Source of the DNA: Escherichia coli
GTDB lineage: Bacteria; Pseudomonadota; Gammaproteobacteria; Enterobacterales; Enterobacteriaceae
Reading direction: 5' to 3' (one strand)
Assembly (NCBI RefSeq): GCF_013122565.1
Contig: NZ_CP053258.1
Length of the DNA: 64,000 nt
Position numbers and translations under genes: made by a program. Positions 24,102 to 36,689 of the stretch are shown in pieces (position 1 is the stretch's first letter; each line of letters opens with the position of its first letter). The notes under the pieces are model-generated. The model saw nothing but the letters and a program-made list of their open reading frames with translations, was not told the origin of the DNA and did not search any database.

Positions 24102-25766
24102 ATGTGTTCAATTTTTGGCGTATTCGATATCAAAACAGACGCAGTTGAGCTGCGTAAGAAAGCACTCGAGCTGTCACGCCTGATGCGTCATCGTGGCCCG
24201 GACTGGTCCGGTATTTATGCCAGCGATAACGCCATTCTCGCTCACGAACGTCTGTCAATTGTTGACGTTAACGCGGGGGCGCAACCTCTCTACAACCAAC
24301 AAAAAACCCACGTACTGGCGGTAAACGGTGAAATCTACAACCACCAGGCATTGCGCGCTGAATATGGCGATCGTTATCAGTTCCAGACAGGGTCTGACTG
24401 TGAAGTGATCCTCGCGCTGTATCAGGAAAAAGGGCCGGAATTTCTCGACGACTTGCAGGGCATGTTTGCCTTTGCCCTGTACGACAGCGAAAAAGATGCC
24501 TACCTGATTGGTCGCGACCATCTGGGGATCATCCCACTGTATATGGGGTATGACGAACACGGTCAGCTGTATGTGGCCTCAGAAATGAAATCGCTGGTGC
24601 CAGTTTGCCGCACGATTAAAGAGTTCCCGGCGGGGAGCTATTTGTGGAGCCAGGACGGCGAAATCCGTTCTTACTATCATCGCGACTGGTTCGACTACGA
24701 TGCGGTGAAAGATAACGTGACCGACAAAAACGAGCTGCGTCAGGCACTGGAAGATTCAGTTAAAAGCCATCTGATGTCTGATGTGCCTTACGGTGTGCTG
24801 CTTTCTGGTGGTCTGGATTCCTCAATTATTTCCGCGATCACCAAGAAATACGCCGCCCGTCGCGTGGAAGATCAGGAACGTTCTGAAGCCTGGTGGCCGC
24901 AGTTACACTCCTTTGCTGTAGGCCTGCCGGGTTCACCGGATCTGAAAGCAGCCCAGGAAGTGGCAAACCATCTGGGCACGGTGCATCACGAAATTCACTT
25001 CACTGTACAGGAAGGTCTGGATGCCATCCGCGACGTGATTTACCACATCGAAACTTATGATGTGACCACTATTCGCGCTTCAACACCGATGTATTTAATG
25101 TCGCGTAAGATCAAGGCGATGGGCATTAAAATGGTGCTGTCCGGTGAAGGTTCTGATGAAGTGTTTGGCGGTTATCTTTACTTCCACAAAGCGCCGAACG
25201 CTAAAGAACTGCATGAAGAGACGGTGCGTAAACTGCTGGCCCTGCATATGTATGACTGCGCGCGTGCCAACAAAGCGATGTCAGCCTGGGGCGTGGAAGC
25301 ACGCGTTCCGTTCCTCGACAAAAAATTCCTTGATGTGGCGATGCGCATTAACCCGCAGGATAAAATGTGCGGTAACGGCAAAATGGAAAAACACATCCTG
25401 CGTGAATGTTTTGAGTCGTATCTGCCCGCAAGCGTGGCCTGGCGGCAGAAAGAGCAGTTCTCCGATGGCGTCGGTTACAGTTGGATCGACACCCTGAAAG
25501 AAGTGGCGGCGCAGCAGGTTTCTGATCAGCAACTGGAAACTGCCCGCTTCCGCTTCCCGTACAACACGCCGACCTCAAAAGAAGCGTATCTGTACCGGGA
25601 GATCTTTGAAGAACTGTTCCCGCTTCCGAGTGCCGCTGAGTGCGTGCCGGGCGGTCCTTCCGTCGCGTGTTCTTCCGCTAAAGCAATCGAATGGGATGAA
25701 GCGTTCAAGAAAATGGACGATCCATCTGGTCGTGCGGTTGGTGTTCACCAGTCGGCGTATAAGTAA
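24102..25766 (+). CDS. asnB: Asparagine synthetase B (glutamine-hydrolysing)
   Basis: 554 aa from ATG 24102 (MCSIFGVF..., Ntn-type Cys2); the track ORF is extended upstream to 24021. Confidence 0.95.
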   Translation: MCSIFGVFDIKTDAVELRKKALELSRLMRHRGPDWSGIYASDNAILAHERLSIVDVNAGAQPLYNQQKTHVLAVNGEIYNHQALRAEYGDRYQFQTGSDCEVILALYQEKGPEFLDDLQGMFAFALYDSEKDAYLIGRDHLGIIPLYMGYDEHGQLYVASEMKSLVPVCRTIKEFPAGSYLWSQDGEIRSYYHRDWFDYDAVKDNVTDKNELRQALEDSVKSHLMSDVPYGVLLSGGLDSSIISAITKKYAARRVEDQERSEAWWPQLHSFAVGLPGSPDLKAAQEVANHLGTVHHEIHFTVQEGLDAIRDVIYHIETYDVTTIRASTPMYLMSRKIKAMGIKMVLSGEGSDEVFGGYLYFHKAPNAKELHEETVRKLLALHMYDCARANKAMSAWGVEARVPFLDKKFLDVAMRINPQDKMCGNGKMEKHILRECFESYLPASVAWRQKEQFSDGVGYSWIDTLKEVAAQQVSDQQLETARFRFPYNTPTSKEAYLYREIFEELFPLPSAAECVPGGPSVACSSAKAIEWDEAFKKMDDPSGRAVGVHQSAYK

Positions 25767-25777
25767 GAAATGCGGTA

Positions 25778-25808
25778 TTGCCCCGGAGAAATCCGGGGCA
25801 ATTTCAGT
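25778..25808 (+). terminator. asnB rho-independent terminator
   Basis: 9-bp stem ttgccccgg / ccggggcaa followed by a T-rich tract. Confidence 0.8.
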
Positions 25809-26075
25809 TACTGGGGCGCTTGTTGATTCTGATATGCAGTGAGGAAATGTTCCGGATTTGCTACATCGCTGTTTGGCAACTCATCACTGTAGGCCAGTAT
25901 TTCATAGATTAATTTCCCACCACTATTGTTGAATTCCGAATTTCATCCTGTACGACAAAAGAATGGCTAGGGTGGGGAAAAAACACAAAGTAAACAATAA
26001 TTGACGAATATAGCGCCACGCTGTTCGCAACCTAACCAAACAGTCACTTTCGAGCAATTTTCCTTGAAAAAGAGG

Positions 26076-26104
26076 TTGACGCTGCAAGGCTCTATACGCA
26101 TAAT
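26076..26104 (+). promoter_or_regulatory. tRNA operon promoter (-35 ttgacg, 17-bp spacer, -10 cataat) with GC-rich discriminator
   Basis: Near-consensus sigma70 hexamers, followed by gcgccccgc typical of stringently controlled stable-RNA promoters; about 40 bp upstream of the first tRNA. Confidence 0.7.
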
Positions 26105-26144
26105 GCGCCCCGCAACGCCGATAAGGTATCGCGAAAAAAAAGAT

Positions 26145-26221
26145 GGCTACGTAGCTCAGTTGGTTAGAGCACATCACTCATAATGATGGGGTCACAGGTT
26201 CGAATCCCGTCGTAGCCACCA
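26145..26221 (+). tRNA. metT: tRNA-Met (CAU), elongator
   Basis: 77-nt cloverleaf sequence ending CCA; anticodon loop ctCATaa. Confidence 0.95.
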
Positions 26222-26230
26222 TCTTTTTTT

Positions 26231-26315
26231 GCGGGAGTGGCGAAATTGGTAGACGCACCAGATTTAGGTTCTGGCGCCGCAAGGTGTGCGAGTTCAAGTC
26301 TCGCCTCCCGCACCA
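26231..26315 (+). tRNA. leuW: tRNA-Leu (UAG)
   Basis: 85-nt type II tRNA with long variable arm; anticodon loop ttTAGgt. Confidence 0.95.
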
Positions 26316-26338
26316 TTCACCAGAAAGCGTTGTACGGA

Positions 26339-26413
26339 TGGGGTATCGCCAAGCGGTAAGGCACCGGTTTTTGATACCGGCATTCCCTGGTTCGAATCCA
26401 GGTACCCCAGCCA
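26339..26413 (+). tRNA. glnU: tRNA-Gln (UUG)
   Basis: 75 nt; anticodon loop ttTTGat. Confidence 0.95.
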
Positions 26414-26447
26414 TCTTCTTCGAGTAAGCGGTTCACCGCCCGGTTAT

Positions 26448-26522
26448 TGGGGTATCGCCAAGCGGTAAGGCACCGGTTTTTGATACCGGCATTCCCTGGT
26501 TCGAATCCAGGTACCCCAGCCA
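26448..26522 (+). tRNA. glnW: tRNA-Gln (UUG)
   Basis: Identical copy of the 26339-26413 tRNA. Confidence 0.95.
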
Positions 26523-26537
26523 TCGAAGAAACAATCT

Positions 26538-26614
26538 GGCTACGTAGCTCAGTTGGTTAGAGCACATCACTCATAATGATGGGGTCACAGGTTCGAATCC
26601 CGTCGTAGCCACCA
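26538..26614 (+). tRNA. metU: tRNA-Met (CAU), elongator
   Basis: Identical copy of the 26145-26221 tRNA. Confidence 0.95.
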
Positions 26615-26662
26615 AATTCTGAATGTGTCGAATACGTTCGGCAAATTCAAAAACCAATTTGT

Positions 26663-26737
26663 TGGGGTATCGCCAAGCGGTAAGGCACCGGATTCTGATT
26701 CCGGCATTCCGAGGTTCGAATCCTCGTACCCCAGCCA
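26663..26737 (+). tRNA. glnV: tRNA-Gln (CUG)
   Basis: 75 nt; anticodon loop ttCTGat. Confidence 0.95.
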
Positions 26738-26774
26738 ATTTATTCAAGACGCTTACCTTGTAAGTGCACCCAGT

Positions 26775-26849
26775 TGGGGTATCGCCAAGCGGTAAGGCAC
26801 CGGATTCTGATTCCGGCATTCCGAGGTTCGAATCCTCGTACCCCAGCCA
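26775..26849 (+). tRNA. glnX: tRNA-Gln (CUG)
   Basis: Identical copy of the 26663-26737 tRNA. Confidence 0.95.
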
Positions 26850-26855
26850 CATTAG

Positions 26856-26888
26856 AAAAGCTCGCTTCGGCGGGCTTTTTGCTTTTTT
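26856..26888 (+). terminator. tRNA operon rho-independent terminator
   Basis: Hairpin gctcgc-ttcg-gcgggc (UUCG tetraloop) followed by tttttgcttttttg. Confidence 0.85.
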
Positions 26889-26936
26889 GCGTATATTCAA
26901 TGTCGAATGCGATGTTGACTCGTCTTATCCTTCAAA

Positions 26937-28191
<1,255 letters not shown>

Positions 28192-28192
28192 C

Positions 28193-28252
<60 letters not shown>

Positions 28253-28281
28253 GTTGGCATGCATCCAGCAATGTTGTGAGG

Positions 28282-29457
28282 CTACACCCCTAACGCATAT
28301 TTCAGCGCCTGACGTTTCAACACGCCAGCACGCTCCGCCGCCATCAAACCAAGATTACGCACAAAACGCAGCGGCGGCAGATTATTACTGAATCCGGCAT
28401 AAAACAGATCCATACCACTTTGCATAATGAAGTTATCCGCCATGCGCCGCATCTGGTAACGCTTGAGGACAGGATAACTGGCCCACGCTTCGCCATAGCT
28501 ACGGGCGTTGACCAGAACATCAATCAGGGCATCGACATCACGATAACCAAGATTCACCCCCTGCCCCGCCAGCGGATGGATGGTATGCGCGGCATCGCCC
28601 ACCAGCGCAAGCCCTGGTTGCACATACTGCAACGCATGGCGACGTGTCAGCGGAAACGCACCAGCGGCAAGCGGTGTAACGTAACCCAGACGCGACGGGA
28701 AATGCTTCGCGATTTCCGCCTGGAGCTGCGCCATATTCATATTCTGCAACTGGCGAATGCGCGCCGGAGAGTCATACCACACCAGCGATGCCCAGTTATC
28801 AAACAACGGCAGAAACGCACGCGGTCCGTCCGGGGTAAATTGCTGCCAGGTGCTATCGCCGGGATCGTTCTCGCACTGGATGCTAATCAACATGCACGAC
28901 TGCGCATACTGCCAGGCATGAACGCCAATTCCCGCCATCTGCCGCACCTGCGAATTTGCGCCGTCGGCACCAATCACCAGCTTCGCGCGGATCGTTTCTC
29001 CACCCTTCAGTTCCAGCTCCTGAAGATCATCATGGCGATGCAGCGCAATCAGTGAGCCTGGCACACGTAACGTTACTTTCGGATGCGCTTCCAGCGCCTG
29101 CCACAGCGCCTGTTGCAGGACGGTGTTTTCCACCATATAGCCAAGCAACGGTAGCTTAAGTTCAGCAGCATCAAACACCACATGCGCCGTTTCCCACTCC
29201 CACGTTTCCAGTCTGTGGTAAGGATGGCAACGCATAGCCTGTACTGCATCCCAGACCCCTAACCCTTTAAGCAATGATACCGAAGCCGCGCTGATCGCCG
29301 AGATCCGCACGTCCGGTTGGCTATCAGCGACAAACGGCGCTGGTTCTGCGTGCTCGATCACCGTTACCGAAAATCCGTGCTGTGCCAGCCCCAGCGCCAG
29401 TGCGCCGCCGACCATTCCTCCGCCGACAATGGCAATTTCCGTTGGTTGATTTGTCAT
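28282..29457 (-). CDS. ubiF: 2-octaprenyl-3-methyl-6-methoxy-1,4-benzoquinol hydroxylase UbiF (FAD-dependent monooxygenase)
   Basis: 391 aa from the second Met (MTNQPTEIAIVGGGMVGG..., FAD-binding GxGxxG); stop codon lies 32 bp from the IS right end. Confidence 0.92.
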   Translation of the reverse strand: MTNQPTEIAIVGGGMVGGALALGLAQHGFSVTVIEHAEPAPFVADSQPDVRISAISAASVSLLKGLGVWDAVQAMRCHPYHRLETWEWETAHVVFDAAELKLPLLGYMVENTVLQQALWQALEAHPKVTLRVPGSLIALHRHDDLQELELKGGETIRAKLVIGADGANSQVRQMAGIGVHAWQYAQSCMLISIQCENDPGDSTWQQFTPDGPRAFLPLFDNWASLVWYDSPARIRQLQNMNMAQLQAEIAKHFPSRLGYVTPLAAGAFPLTRRHALQYVQPGLALVGDAAHTIHPLAGQGVNLGYRDVDALIDVLVNARSYGEAWASYPVLKRYQMRRMADNFIMQSGMDLFYAGFSNNLPPLRFVRNLGLMAAERAGVLKRQALKYALGV

Positions 29458-29602
29458 GGTCAATCATCCTGTTAGCAATATGCTTTAAGTTTACAGGATT
29501 TTTACCCCTAAGGGCTGATAACGCTCATACTGGTCACAACGGCAGCAAAGCATTACACTATGCGCCCTGCATTCCTGGCTACTATTTCGCAAGAGCAAGT
29601 CG

Positions 29603-31027
29603 ATGACCAAAAAACTCCATATTAAAACCTGGGGCTGTCAGATGAACGAGTACGATTCATCGAAGATGGCCGATCTGCTGGATGCCACCCACGGCTATCA
29701 ACTGACCGACGTGGCGGAAGAAGCGGATGTGCTGCTGCTGAACACCTGCTCAATCCGCGAGAAGGCTCAGGAAAAGGTCTTCCATCAGTTGGGTCGCTGG
29801 AAACTGTTAAAAGAGAAGAATCCAGACCTGATTATCGGCGTCGGTGGCTGCGTGGCATCGCAAGAAGGCGAGCACATTCGCCAGCGCGCCCACTATGTCG
29901 ATATTATTTTTGGGCCGCAAACGCTGCACCGTCTGCCGGAGATGATCAACTCCGTGCGCGGCGACCGCAGCCCGGTTGTAGATATCAGCTTCCCGGAAAT
30001 CGAGAAGTTTGACCGTCTACCGGAACCGCGCGCCGAAGGGCCGACCGCGTTTGTCTCCATCATGGAAGGCTGCAATAAATATTGCACCTACTGCGTGGTG
30101 CCTTACACCCGTGGTGAAGAGGTAAGCCGTCCGTCTGACGATATTCTGTTTGAGATTGCCCAGCTTGCGGCTCAGGGCGTGCGTGAAGTCAACCTGCTCG
30201 GTCAGAACGTGAATGCCTGGCGTGGTGAAAACTACGACGGCACCACCGGATCGTTTGCCGATCTGCTGCGTCTGGTTGCAGCGATCGACGGGATCGATCG
30301 TATTCGCTTTACCACCAGTCATCCGATCGAATTCACCGACGATATCATCGAAGTGTACCGCGACACGCCGGAGCTGGTGAGCTTCCTGCATCTGCCGGTA
30401 CAGAGCGGTTCCGATCGCATTCTGAACCTGATGGGCCGTACCCATACGGCGCTGGAGTACAAAGCGATCATCCGTAAACTGCGTGCGGCGCGTCCGGATA
30501 TTCAGATCAGTTCTGATTTCATTGTTGGCTTCCCTGGCGAAACCACCGAAGACTTCGAGAAAACGATGAAGCTGATTGCCGACGTCAATTTCGACATGAG
30601 CTACAGCTTTATCTTCTCTGCACGTCCGGGTACACCAGCCGCCGATATGGTTGATGATGTTCCGGAAGAAGAGAAGAAGCAGCGTCTGTATATTCTGCAA
30701 GAGCGCATTAATCAGCAAGCGATGGCGTGGAGCCGTCGGATGCTCGGCACCACCCAGCGTATTCTGGTAGAAGGGACTTCACGTAAGAGCATCATGGAGC
30801 TTTCCGGGCGTACGGAAAATAACCGCGTGGTCAACTTCGAAGGCACGCCGGATATGATCGGTAAATTCGTCGATGTAGAAATTACCGACGTCTACCCGAA
30901 CTCTCTGCGCGGTAAAGTGGTGCGAACTGAAGATGAAATGGGTCTGCGCGTGGCAGAAACACCAGAATCGGTGATTGCCCGTACTCGCAAAGAAAACGAC
31001 CTTGGTGTGGGTTATTATCAGCCGTAA
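29603..31027 (+). CDS. miaB: tRNA-i6A37 methylthiotransferase MiaB (radical SAM)
   Basis: 474 aa; N-terminal MTTase cysteines, radical-SAM CxxxCxxC (CNKYCTYC), TRAM domain. Confidence 0.95.
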
Positions 31028-31179
31028 TTCTCAGGCCCGCCGTTCCGGTGGGCCTTGTTTTTTCTCTCTTTATCCCCATCTTTATCGCAATGCTTGCGCC
31101 TTTTTCCTGTGGCGTGAATAATTTCCTTATAGGCCGGTGAATGTTCAGCTTCCGGCGGCATACAGATAAGAGGAACGGT

Positions 31180-32220
31180 TTGAACATAGACACTCGCGAA
31201 ATCACCCTGGAGCCAGCAGACAACGCGCGTCTGTTGAGCCTGTGCGGCCCGTTTGATGACAACATCAAGCAGCTCGAACGCCGTCTCGGCATCGAGATCA
31301 ATCGCCGCGATAACCACTTTAAACTGACCGGCCGTCCGATTTGCGTCACCGCTGCGGCAGACATTCTGCGTAGCCTGTATGTCGATACTGCCCCGATGCG
31401 CGGTCAGATTCAGGATATTGAACCGGAACAGATCCACCTTGCGATTAAAGAAGCGCGGGTACTGGAGCAAAGCGCGGAGAGCGTGCCGGAGTACGGCAAA
31501 GCGGTCAATATCAAAACTAAACGCGGCGTAATTAAGCCGCGCACGCCAAACCAGGCGCAGTACATCGCCAATATTCTCGACCATGACATTACCTTCGGCG
31601 TTGGCCCGGCGGGTACGGGTAAAACCTACCTGGCAGTGGCTGCAGCAGTTGATGCCCTGGAGCGTCAGGAAATTCGCCGTATTCTGCTGACTCGTCCGGC
31701 GGTCGAAGCCGGTGAGAAACTGGGGTTCCTGCCTGGCGATTTAAGCCAGAAAGTAGACCCGTATCTGCGCCCACTGTACGACGCGCTGTTTGAAATGCTG
31801 GGCTTTGAGAAAGTCGAGAAACTGATTGAGCGCAACGTTATTGAAGTCGCGCCGCTGGCCTATATGCGTGGTCGTACGCTGAATGACGCCTTTATCATTC
31901 TCGATGAGAGCCAGAACACCACCATCGAACAGATGAAGATGTTCCTGACCCGTATCGGTTTTAACTCAAAAGCGGTTATCACCGGCGACGTCACGCAGAT
32001 CGACCTGCCGCGTAATACCAAGTCAGGCTTGCGTCACGCCATCGAAGTGCTGGCCGATGTCGAAGAGATCAGCTTTAACTTCTTCCACAGCGAAGACGTG
32101 GTTCGTCACCCGGTGGTGGCGCGTATCGTTAACGCTTATGAAGCCTGGGAAGAAGCAGAACAAAAACGTAAAGCGGCGCTGGCAGCAGAACGCAAGCGCG
32201 AAGAACAGGAACAAAAATGA
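31180..32220 (+). CDS. ybeZ: PhoH-like ATPase YbeZ
   Basis: Walker A GPAGTGKT; probable TTG start at 31180 preceded by AAGAGG (346 aa); alternative ATG at 31141 gives 359 aa. Confidence 0.85.
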   Translation: MNIDTREITLEPADNARLLSLCGPFDDNIKQLERRLGIEINRRDNHFKLTGRPICVTAAADILRSLYVDTAPMRGQIQDIEPEQIHLAIKEARVLEQSAESVPEYGKAVNIKTKRGVIKPRTPNQAQYIANILDHDITFGVGPAGTGKTYLAVAAAVDALERQEIRRILLTRPAVEAGEKLGFLPGDLSQKVDPYLRPLYDALFEMLGFEKVEKLIERNVIEVAPLAYMRGRTLNDAFIILDESQNTTIEQMKMFLTRIGFNSKAVITGDVTQIDLPRNTKSGLRHAIEVLADVEEISFNFFHSEDVVRHPVVARIVNAYEAWEEAEQKRKAALAAERKREEQEQK

Positions 32221-32684
32221 GTCAGGTGATCCTCGATTTACAACTGGCATGTGAAGATAATTCCGGGTTACCGGAAGAGAGCCAGTTTCAGAAATGGCTG
32301 AATGCGGTGATCCCGCAGTTTCAGGAAGAGTCGGAAGTGACGATTCGCGTGGTCGATACCGCCGAAAGCCACAGTCTGAATCTGACCTATCGCGGTAAGG
32401 ATAAGCCGACCAACGTGCTCTCCTTCCCGTTTGAAGTGCCGCCTGGCATGGAGATGTCGCTACTGGGCGATCTGGTTATCTGCCGTCAGGTGGTTGAGAA
32501 GGAAGCACAGGAGCAAGGCAAACCACTGGAGGCGCACTGGGCGCATATGGTGGTGCACGGCAGTCTGCATTTGTTAGGTTACGATCACATCGAAGATGAC
32601 GAAGCAGAAGAAATGGAAGCCCTCGAAACAGAGATTATGCTTGCTCTGGGCTATGAGGATCCGTACATTGCCGAGAAAGAATAA
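32217..32684 (+). CDS. ybeY: Endoribonuclease YbeY (16S rRNA maturation)
   Basis: 155 aa; metal-binding HxxxHxxGYDH motif; overlaps ybeZ stop. Confidence 0.93.
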   Translation: MSQVILDLQLACEDNSGLPEESQFQKWLNAVIPQFQEESEVTIRVVDTAESHSLNLTYRGKDKPTNVLSFPFEVPPGMEMSLLGDLVICRQVVEKEAQEQGKPLEAHWAHMVVHGSLHLLGYDHIEDDEAEEMEALETEIMLALGYEDPYIAEKE

Positions 32685-32773
32685 TTTGCCAGGCATTTGA
32701 CTGGCAGACGTCCCCGCCGTTGGTGATTAACGACGGCGTTTTGATTAACTAACATGAGAACCCATACGACGCC

Positions 32774-33652
32774 ATGAGCGACGACAATTCACACAGTAGT
32801 GACACGATAAGCAACAAGAAGGGATTTTTCTCCCTGTTACTCAGCCAACTTTTCCACGGTGAACCGAAAAACCGTGACGAACTGCTGGCGCTGATCCGTG
32901 ATTCCGGGCAGAACGACCTTATCGACGAAGATACGCGCGATATGCTCGAAGGGGTGATGGACATCGCAGACCAACGCGTCCGCGACATCATGATCCCCCG
33001 CTCCCAGATGATTACCCTGAAACGCAACCAGACGCTGGACGAATGCCTTGATGTCATCATCGAGTCCGCCCACTCACGTTTCCCGGTGATTAGCGAAGAC
33101 AAAGATCACATTGAAGGGATTCTGATGGCGAAAGACTTGCTGCCGTTTATGCGCAGCGATGCTGAAGCCTTCAGCATGGACAAAGTGTTACGTCAGGCGG
33201 TTGTCGTTCCTGAAAGTAAGCGCGTAGACCGGATGCTGAAAGAGTTTCGCTCTCAGCGTTACCACATGGCGATCGTTATTGACGAATTCGGTGGGGTTTC
33301 CGGTCTGGTGACCATTGAAGACATCCTGGAACTGATTGTTGGTGAGATTGAAGACGAATATGACGAAGAAGATGATATCGACTTCCGTCAGCTGAGTCGT
33401 CATACCTGGACCGTGCGCGCACTGGCTTCCATTGAAGACTTCAACGAAGCGTTCGGCACCCACTTTAGCGATGAAGAAGTCGACACCATCGGTGGTCTGG
33501 TGATGCAGGCATTTGGGCATCTTCCGGCGCGTGGCGAAACCATCGACATCGACGGTTACCAGTTCAAAGTGGCGATGGCCGATAGTCGGCGTATTATTCA
33601 GGTTCATGTCAAAATCCCGGATGACTCACCCCAGCCGAAGCTGGATGAATAA
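32774..33652 (+). CDS. corC: Magnesium/cobalt efflux-associated protein CorC (CBS pair and CorC_HlyC domains)
   Basis: 292 aa, full-length. Confidence 0.92.
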   Translation: MSDDNSHSSDTISNKKGFFSLLLSQLFHGEPKNRDELLALIRDSGQNDLIDEDTRDMLEGVMDIADQRVRDIMIPRSQMITLKRNQTLDECLDVIIESAHSRFPVISEDKDHIEGILMAKDLLPFMRSDAEAFSMDKVLRQAVVVPESKRVDRMLKEFRSQRYHMAIVIDEFGGVSGLVTIEDILELIVGEIEDEYDEEDDIDFRQLSRHTWTVRALASIEDFNEAFGTHFSDEEVDTIGGLVMQAFGHLPARGETIDIDGYQFKVAMADSRRIIQVHVKIPDDSPQPKLDE

Positions 33653-33676
33653 AACCGAAACTGGATAGATAACTAC

Positions 33677-35215
33677 ATGGCTTTTGCCTCATTAATTGAA
33701 CGCCAGCGCATTCGCCTGCTGCTGGCGTTATTATTCGGTGCCTGCGGAACGCTGGCCTTCTCTCCTTACGATGTCTGGCCTGCGGCGATTATTTCGCTGA
33801 TGGGGCTTCAGGCGTTGACCTTTAACCGTCGTCCACTCCAGTCTGCCGCTATTGGCTTTTGCTGGGGATTTGGCCTCTTTGGCAGCGGTATTAACTGGGT
33901 CTATGTCAGCATCGCGACCTTTGGCGGAATGCCTGGCCCGGTTAACATCTTCCTGGTGGTGCTGCTGGCGGCGTATTTGTCGCTGTATACCGGACTGTTT
34001 GCTGGCGTGCTGTCGCGCCTGTGGCCGAAAACCACCTGGCTGCGCGTGGCGATTGCCGCCCCTGCTCTCTGGCAAGTGACCGAGTTTCTGCGCGGTTGGG
34101 TACTGACCGGCTTCCCGTGGTTACAGTTCGGCTATAGCCAGATTGATGGCCCGTTAAAAGGGCTGGCACCGATAATGGGCGTGGAAGCCATTAACTTCCT
34201 GCTGATGATGGTTAGTGGCCTGCTGGCACTGGCGTTGGTCAAACGCAACTGGCGTCCGCTGGTGGTGGCCGTCGTGCTGTTTGCCCTACCCTTCCCGCTG
34301 CGTTACATCCAATGGTTTACCCCGCAACCGGAGAAAACCATTCAGGTTTCGATGGTTCAGGGCGATATTCCGCAATCGCTGAAATGGGACGAAGGCCAGC
34401 TTCTTAATACGCTGAAGATTTACTACAACGCAACGGCACCGCTGATGGGCAAATCATCGTTGATTATCTGGCCGGAGTCGGCGATAACCGATCTGGAAAT
34501 TAATCAGCAACCGTTCCTCAAAGCACTGGACGGTGAGTTGCGCGAGAAAGGGAGCTCGCTGGTAACCGGGATTGTTGACGCGCGTCTCAATAAGCAGAAC
34601 CGCTACGATACCTACAACACCATCATCACGCTGGGTAAAGGTGCACCGTACAGCTACGAATCAGCCGATCGCTATAACAAAAACCATCTGGTGCCGTTTG
34701 GCGAGTTTGTCCCGCTCGAGTCGATTCTGCGTCCGTTAGCACCGTTCTTTGATCTGCCGATGTCGTCGTTCAGCCGTGGGCCATATATCCAGCCGCCGCT
34801 GTCGGCAAATGGTATTGAGCTTACTGCGGCTATTTGCTATGAGATCATTCTTGGCGAGCAAGTGCGTGATAACTTCCGCCCGGATACCGACTACCTGCTG
34901 ACTATCTCCAATGATGCATGGTTTGGTAAGTCTATTGGTCCATGGCAGCACTTCCAGATGGCGCGTATGCGTGCGTTGGAGCTGGCGCGCCCATTGCTGC
35001 GTAGTACCAACAACGGCATTACGGCGGTGATTGGCCCGCAGGGTGAGATTCAGGCGATGATCCCGCAGTTCACCCGCGAGGTGCTAACCACTAATGTGAC
35101 ACCGACCACCGGACTCACACCGTATGCACGTACCGGCAACTGGCCGCTGTGGGTGCTGACGGTGCTATTTGGTTTTGCCGCTGTGTTGATGAGTCTGCGT
35201 CAACGACGTAAATAA
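33677..35215 (+). CDS. lnt: Apolipoprotein N-acyltransferase
   Basis: 512 aa; N-terminal TM helices and C-terminal nitrilase-like domain. Confidence 0.95.
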   Translation: MAFASLIERQRIRLLLALLFGACGTLAFSPYDVWPAAIISLMGLQALTFNRRPLQSAAIGFCWGFGLFGSGINWVYVSIATFGGMPGPVNIFLVVLLAAYLSLYTGLFAGVLSRLWPKTTWLRVAIAAPALWQVTEFLRGWVLTGFPWLQFGYSQIDGPLKGLAPIMGVEAINFLLMMVSGLLALALVKRNWRPLVVAVVLFALPFPLRYIQWFTPQPEKTIQVSMVQGDIPQSLKWDEGQLLNTLKIYYNATAPLMGKSSLIIWPESAITDLEINQQPFLKALDGELREKGSSLVTGIVDARLNKQNRYDTYNTIITLGKGAPYSYESADRYNKNHLVPFGEFVPLESILRPLAPFFDLPMSSFSRGPYIQPPLSANGIELTAAICYEIILGEQVRDNFRPDTDYLLTISNDAWFGKSIGPWQHFQMARMRALELARPLLRSTNNGITAVIGPQGEIQAMIPQFTREVLTTNVTPTTGLTPYARTGNWPLWVLTVLFGFAAVLMSLRQRRK

Positions 35216-35611
35216 TCCCTTCTTATCGTGCCGGAATACATCCCGTATTTCGGCACGCTCACCGGATGCGGCATCAGTGCATTATCCGGATAACAATATT
35301 CTCCTATCCAACTTTGGCACATCTATTGCTTTGTTATACAAGGCAAAGCTTGAACCAGCATCAGTACAACCCGGTTGCACCACAGCAATCCACCGGTAGC
35401 ACCAAAAGAGTGCATTTTAAGAATTTTGCTTCGGAATGGTGCGGCGCACCTCGCAAAAACAAACAATAAAACATCAATATCTTTACATTTAGCCAAACTA
35501 AATGTTACCTAACAGGCACAACACTGCACAATAAAGTTGCAGACGATAACAACACAAACACTCACAACGGGTATCCATGCGTTCTTAACGCAGAAGATAA
35601 AGGAGTTGGAT

Positions 35612-36520
35612 ATGCAATTACGTAAACCTGCCACAGCAATCCTGGCCCTGGCGCTTTCCGCAGGACTGGCACAGGCAGATGACGCCGCCCCGGTAGCGGG
35701 CAGTACGCTGGACAAAATCGCCAAAAACGGCGTGATTGTCGTCGGTCACCGTGAATCTTCAGTACCTTTCTCTTATTACGACAATCAGCAAAAAGTGGTG
35801 GGTTACTCGCAGGATTACTCCAACGCCATTGTTGAAGCAGTGAAAAAGAAACTCAACAAACCGGACTTGCAGGTAAAACTGATTCCGATTACCTCACAAA
35901 ACCGTATTCCGCTGCTGCAAAACGGCACTTTTGATTTTGAATGTGGTTCTACCACCAACAACGTCGAACGCCAAAAACAGGCGGCTTTCTCTGACACTAT
36001 TTTCGTGGTCGGTACGCGCCTGTTGACCAAAAAGGGTGGTGATATCAAAGATTTTGCCGATCTGAAAGGCAAAGCCGTAGTCGTTACTTCCGGCACTACC
36101 TCTGAAGTTTTGCTCAACAAACTGAATGAAGAGCAAAAAATGAATATGCGCATCATCAGCGCCAAAGATCACGGAGACTCTTTCCGTACCCTGGAAAGTG
36201 GTCGTGCTGTTGCCTTTATGATGGATGACGCTCTGCTGGCTGGTGAACGTGCGAAAGCGAAGAAACCAGACAACTGGGATATCGTCGGCAAGCCGCAGTC
36301 TCAGGAAGCCTACGGTTGTATGTTGCGTAAAGACGATCCGCAGTTCAAAAAGCTGATGGATGACACCATCGCGCAGGTGCAGACCTCCGGTGAAGCGGAA
36401 AAATGGTTTGATAAATGGTTCAAAAATCCAATTCCGCCGAAAAACCTGAACATGAATTTCGAACTGTCAGACGAAATGAAAGCACTGTTCAAAGAACCGA
36501 ATGACAAGGCACTGAACTAA
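35612..36520 (+). CDS. gltI: Glutamate/aspartate ABC transporter periplasmic binding protein
   Basis: 302 aa from ATG 35612 with AGGAG RBS; signal peptide; the track ORF is extended upstream to 35537. Confidence 0.93.
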   Translation: MQLRKPATAILALALSAGLAQADDAAPVAGSTLDKIAKNGVIVVGHRESSVPFSYYDNQQKVVGYSQDYSNAIVEAVKKKLNKPDLQVKLIPITSQNRIPLLQNGTFDFECGSTTNNVERQKQAAFSDTIFVVGTRLLTKKGGDIKDFADLKGKAVVVTSGTTSEVLLNKLNEEQKMNMRIISAKDHGDSFRTLESGRAVAFMMDDALLAGERAKAKKPDNWDIVGKPQSQEAYGCMLRKDDPQFKKLMDDTIAQVQTSGEAEKWFDKWFKNPIPPKNLNMNFELSDEMKALFKEPNDKALN

Positions 36521-36678
36521 TTACAAGAACCAGGGGCGGAAATTCCAGCCCTCTCAATTGTTACGTAGCACGGACAGACTATACGCCTGATGGTCGTTCC
36601 CCATCGGGCCTGAAAACCGCAATACGCTGGGTAACAATCTTCGAGGGTAGCAGTTAACGCTGCTACCCTCTTTTTTCT
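36516..36678 (+). ncRNA. sroC: SroC sRNA, 3'-derived from the gltI-gltJ intercistronic region
   Basis: 169-bp gltI-gltJ spacer ending in an intrinsic terminator (36643-36678); boundaries placed from my recollection of the K-12 annotation, so approximate. Confidence 0.65.
36643..36678 (+). terminator. Intra-operon rho-independent terminator between gltI and gltJ
   Basis: 11-bp perfect stem gagggtagcag / ctgctaccctc followed by ttttttct. Confidence 0.88.
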
Positions 36679-36689
36679 GGAGTAGATTT

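Noticed and set aside
26178-26900. Small ORFs (60-109 aa) on both strands across the tRNA cluster
   Set aside because: They are translations of tRNA genes and spacers; the region is a stable-RNA operon.
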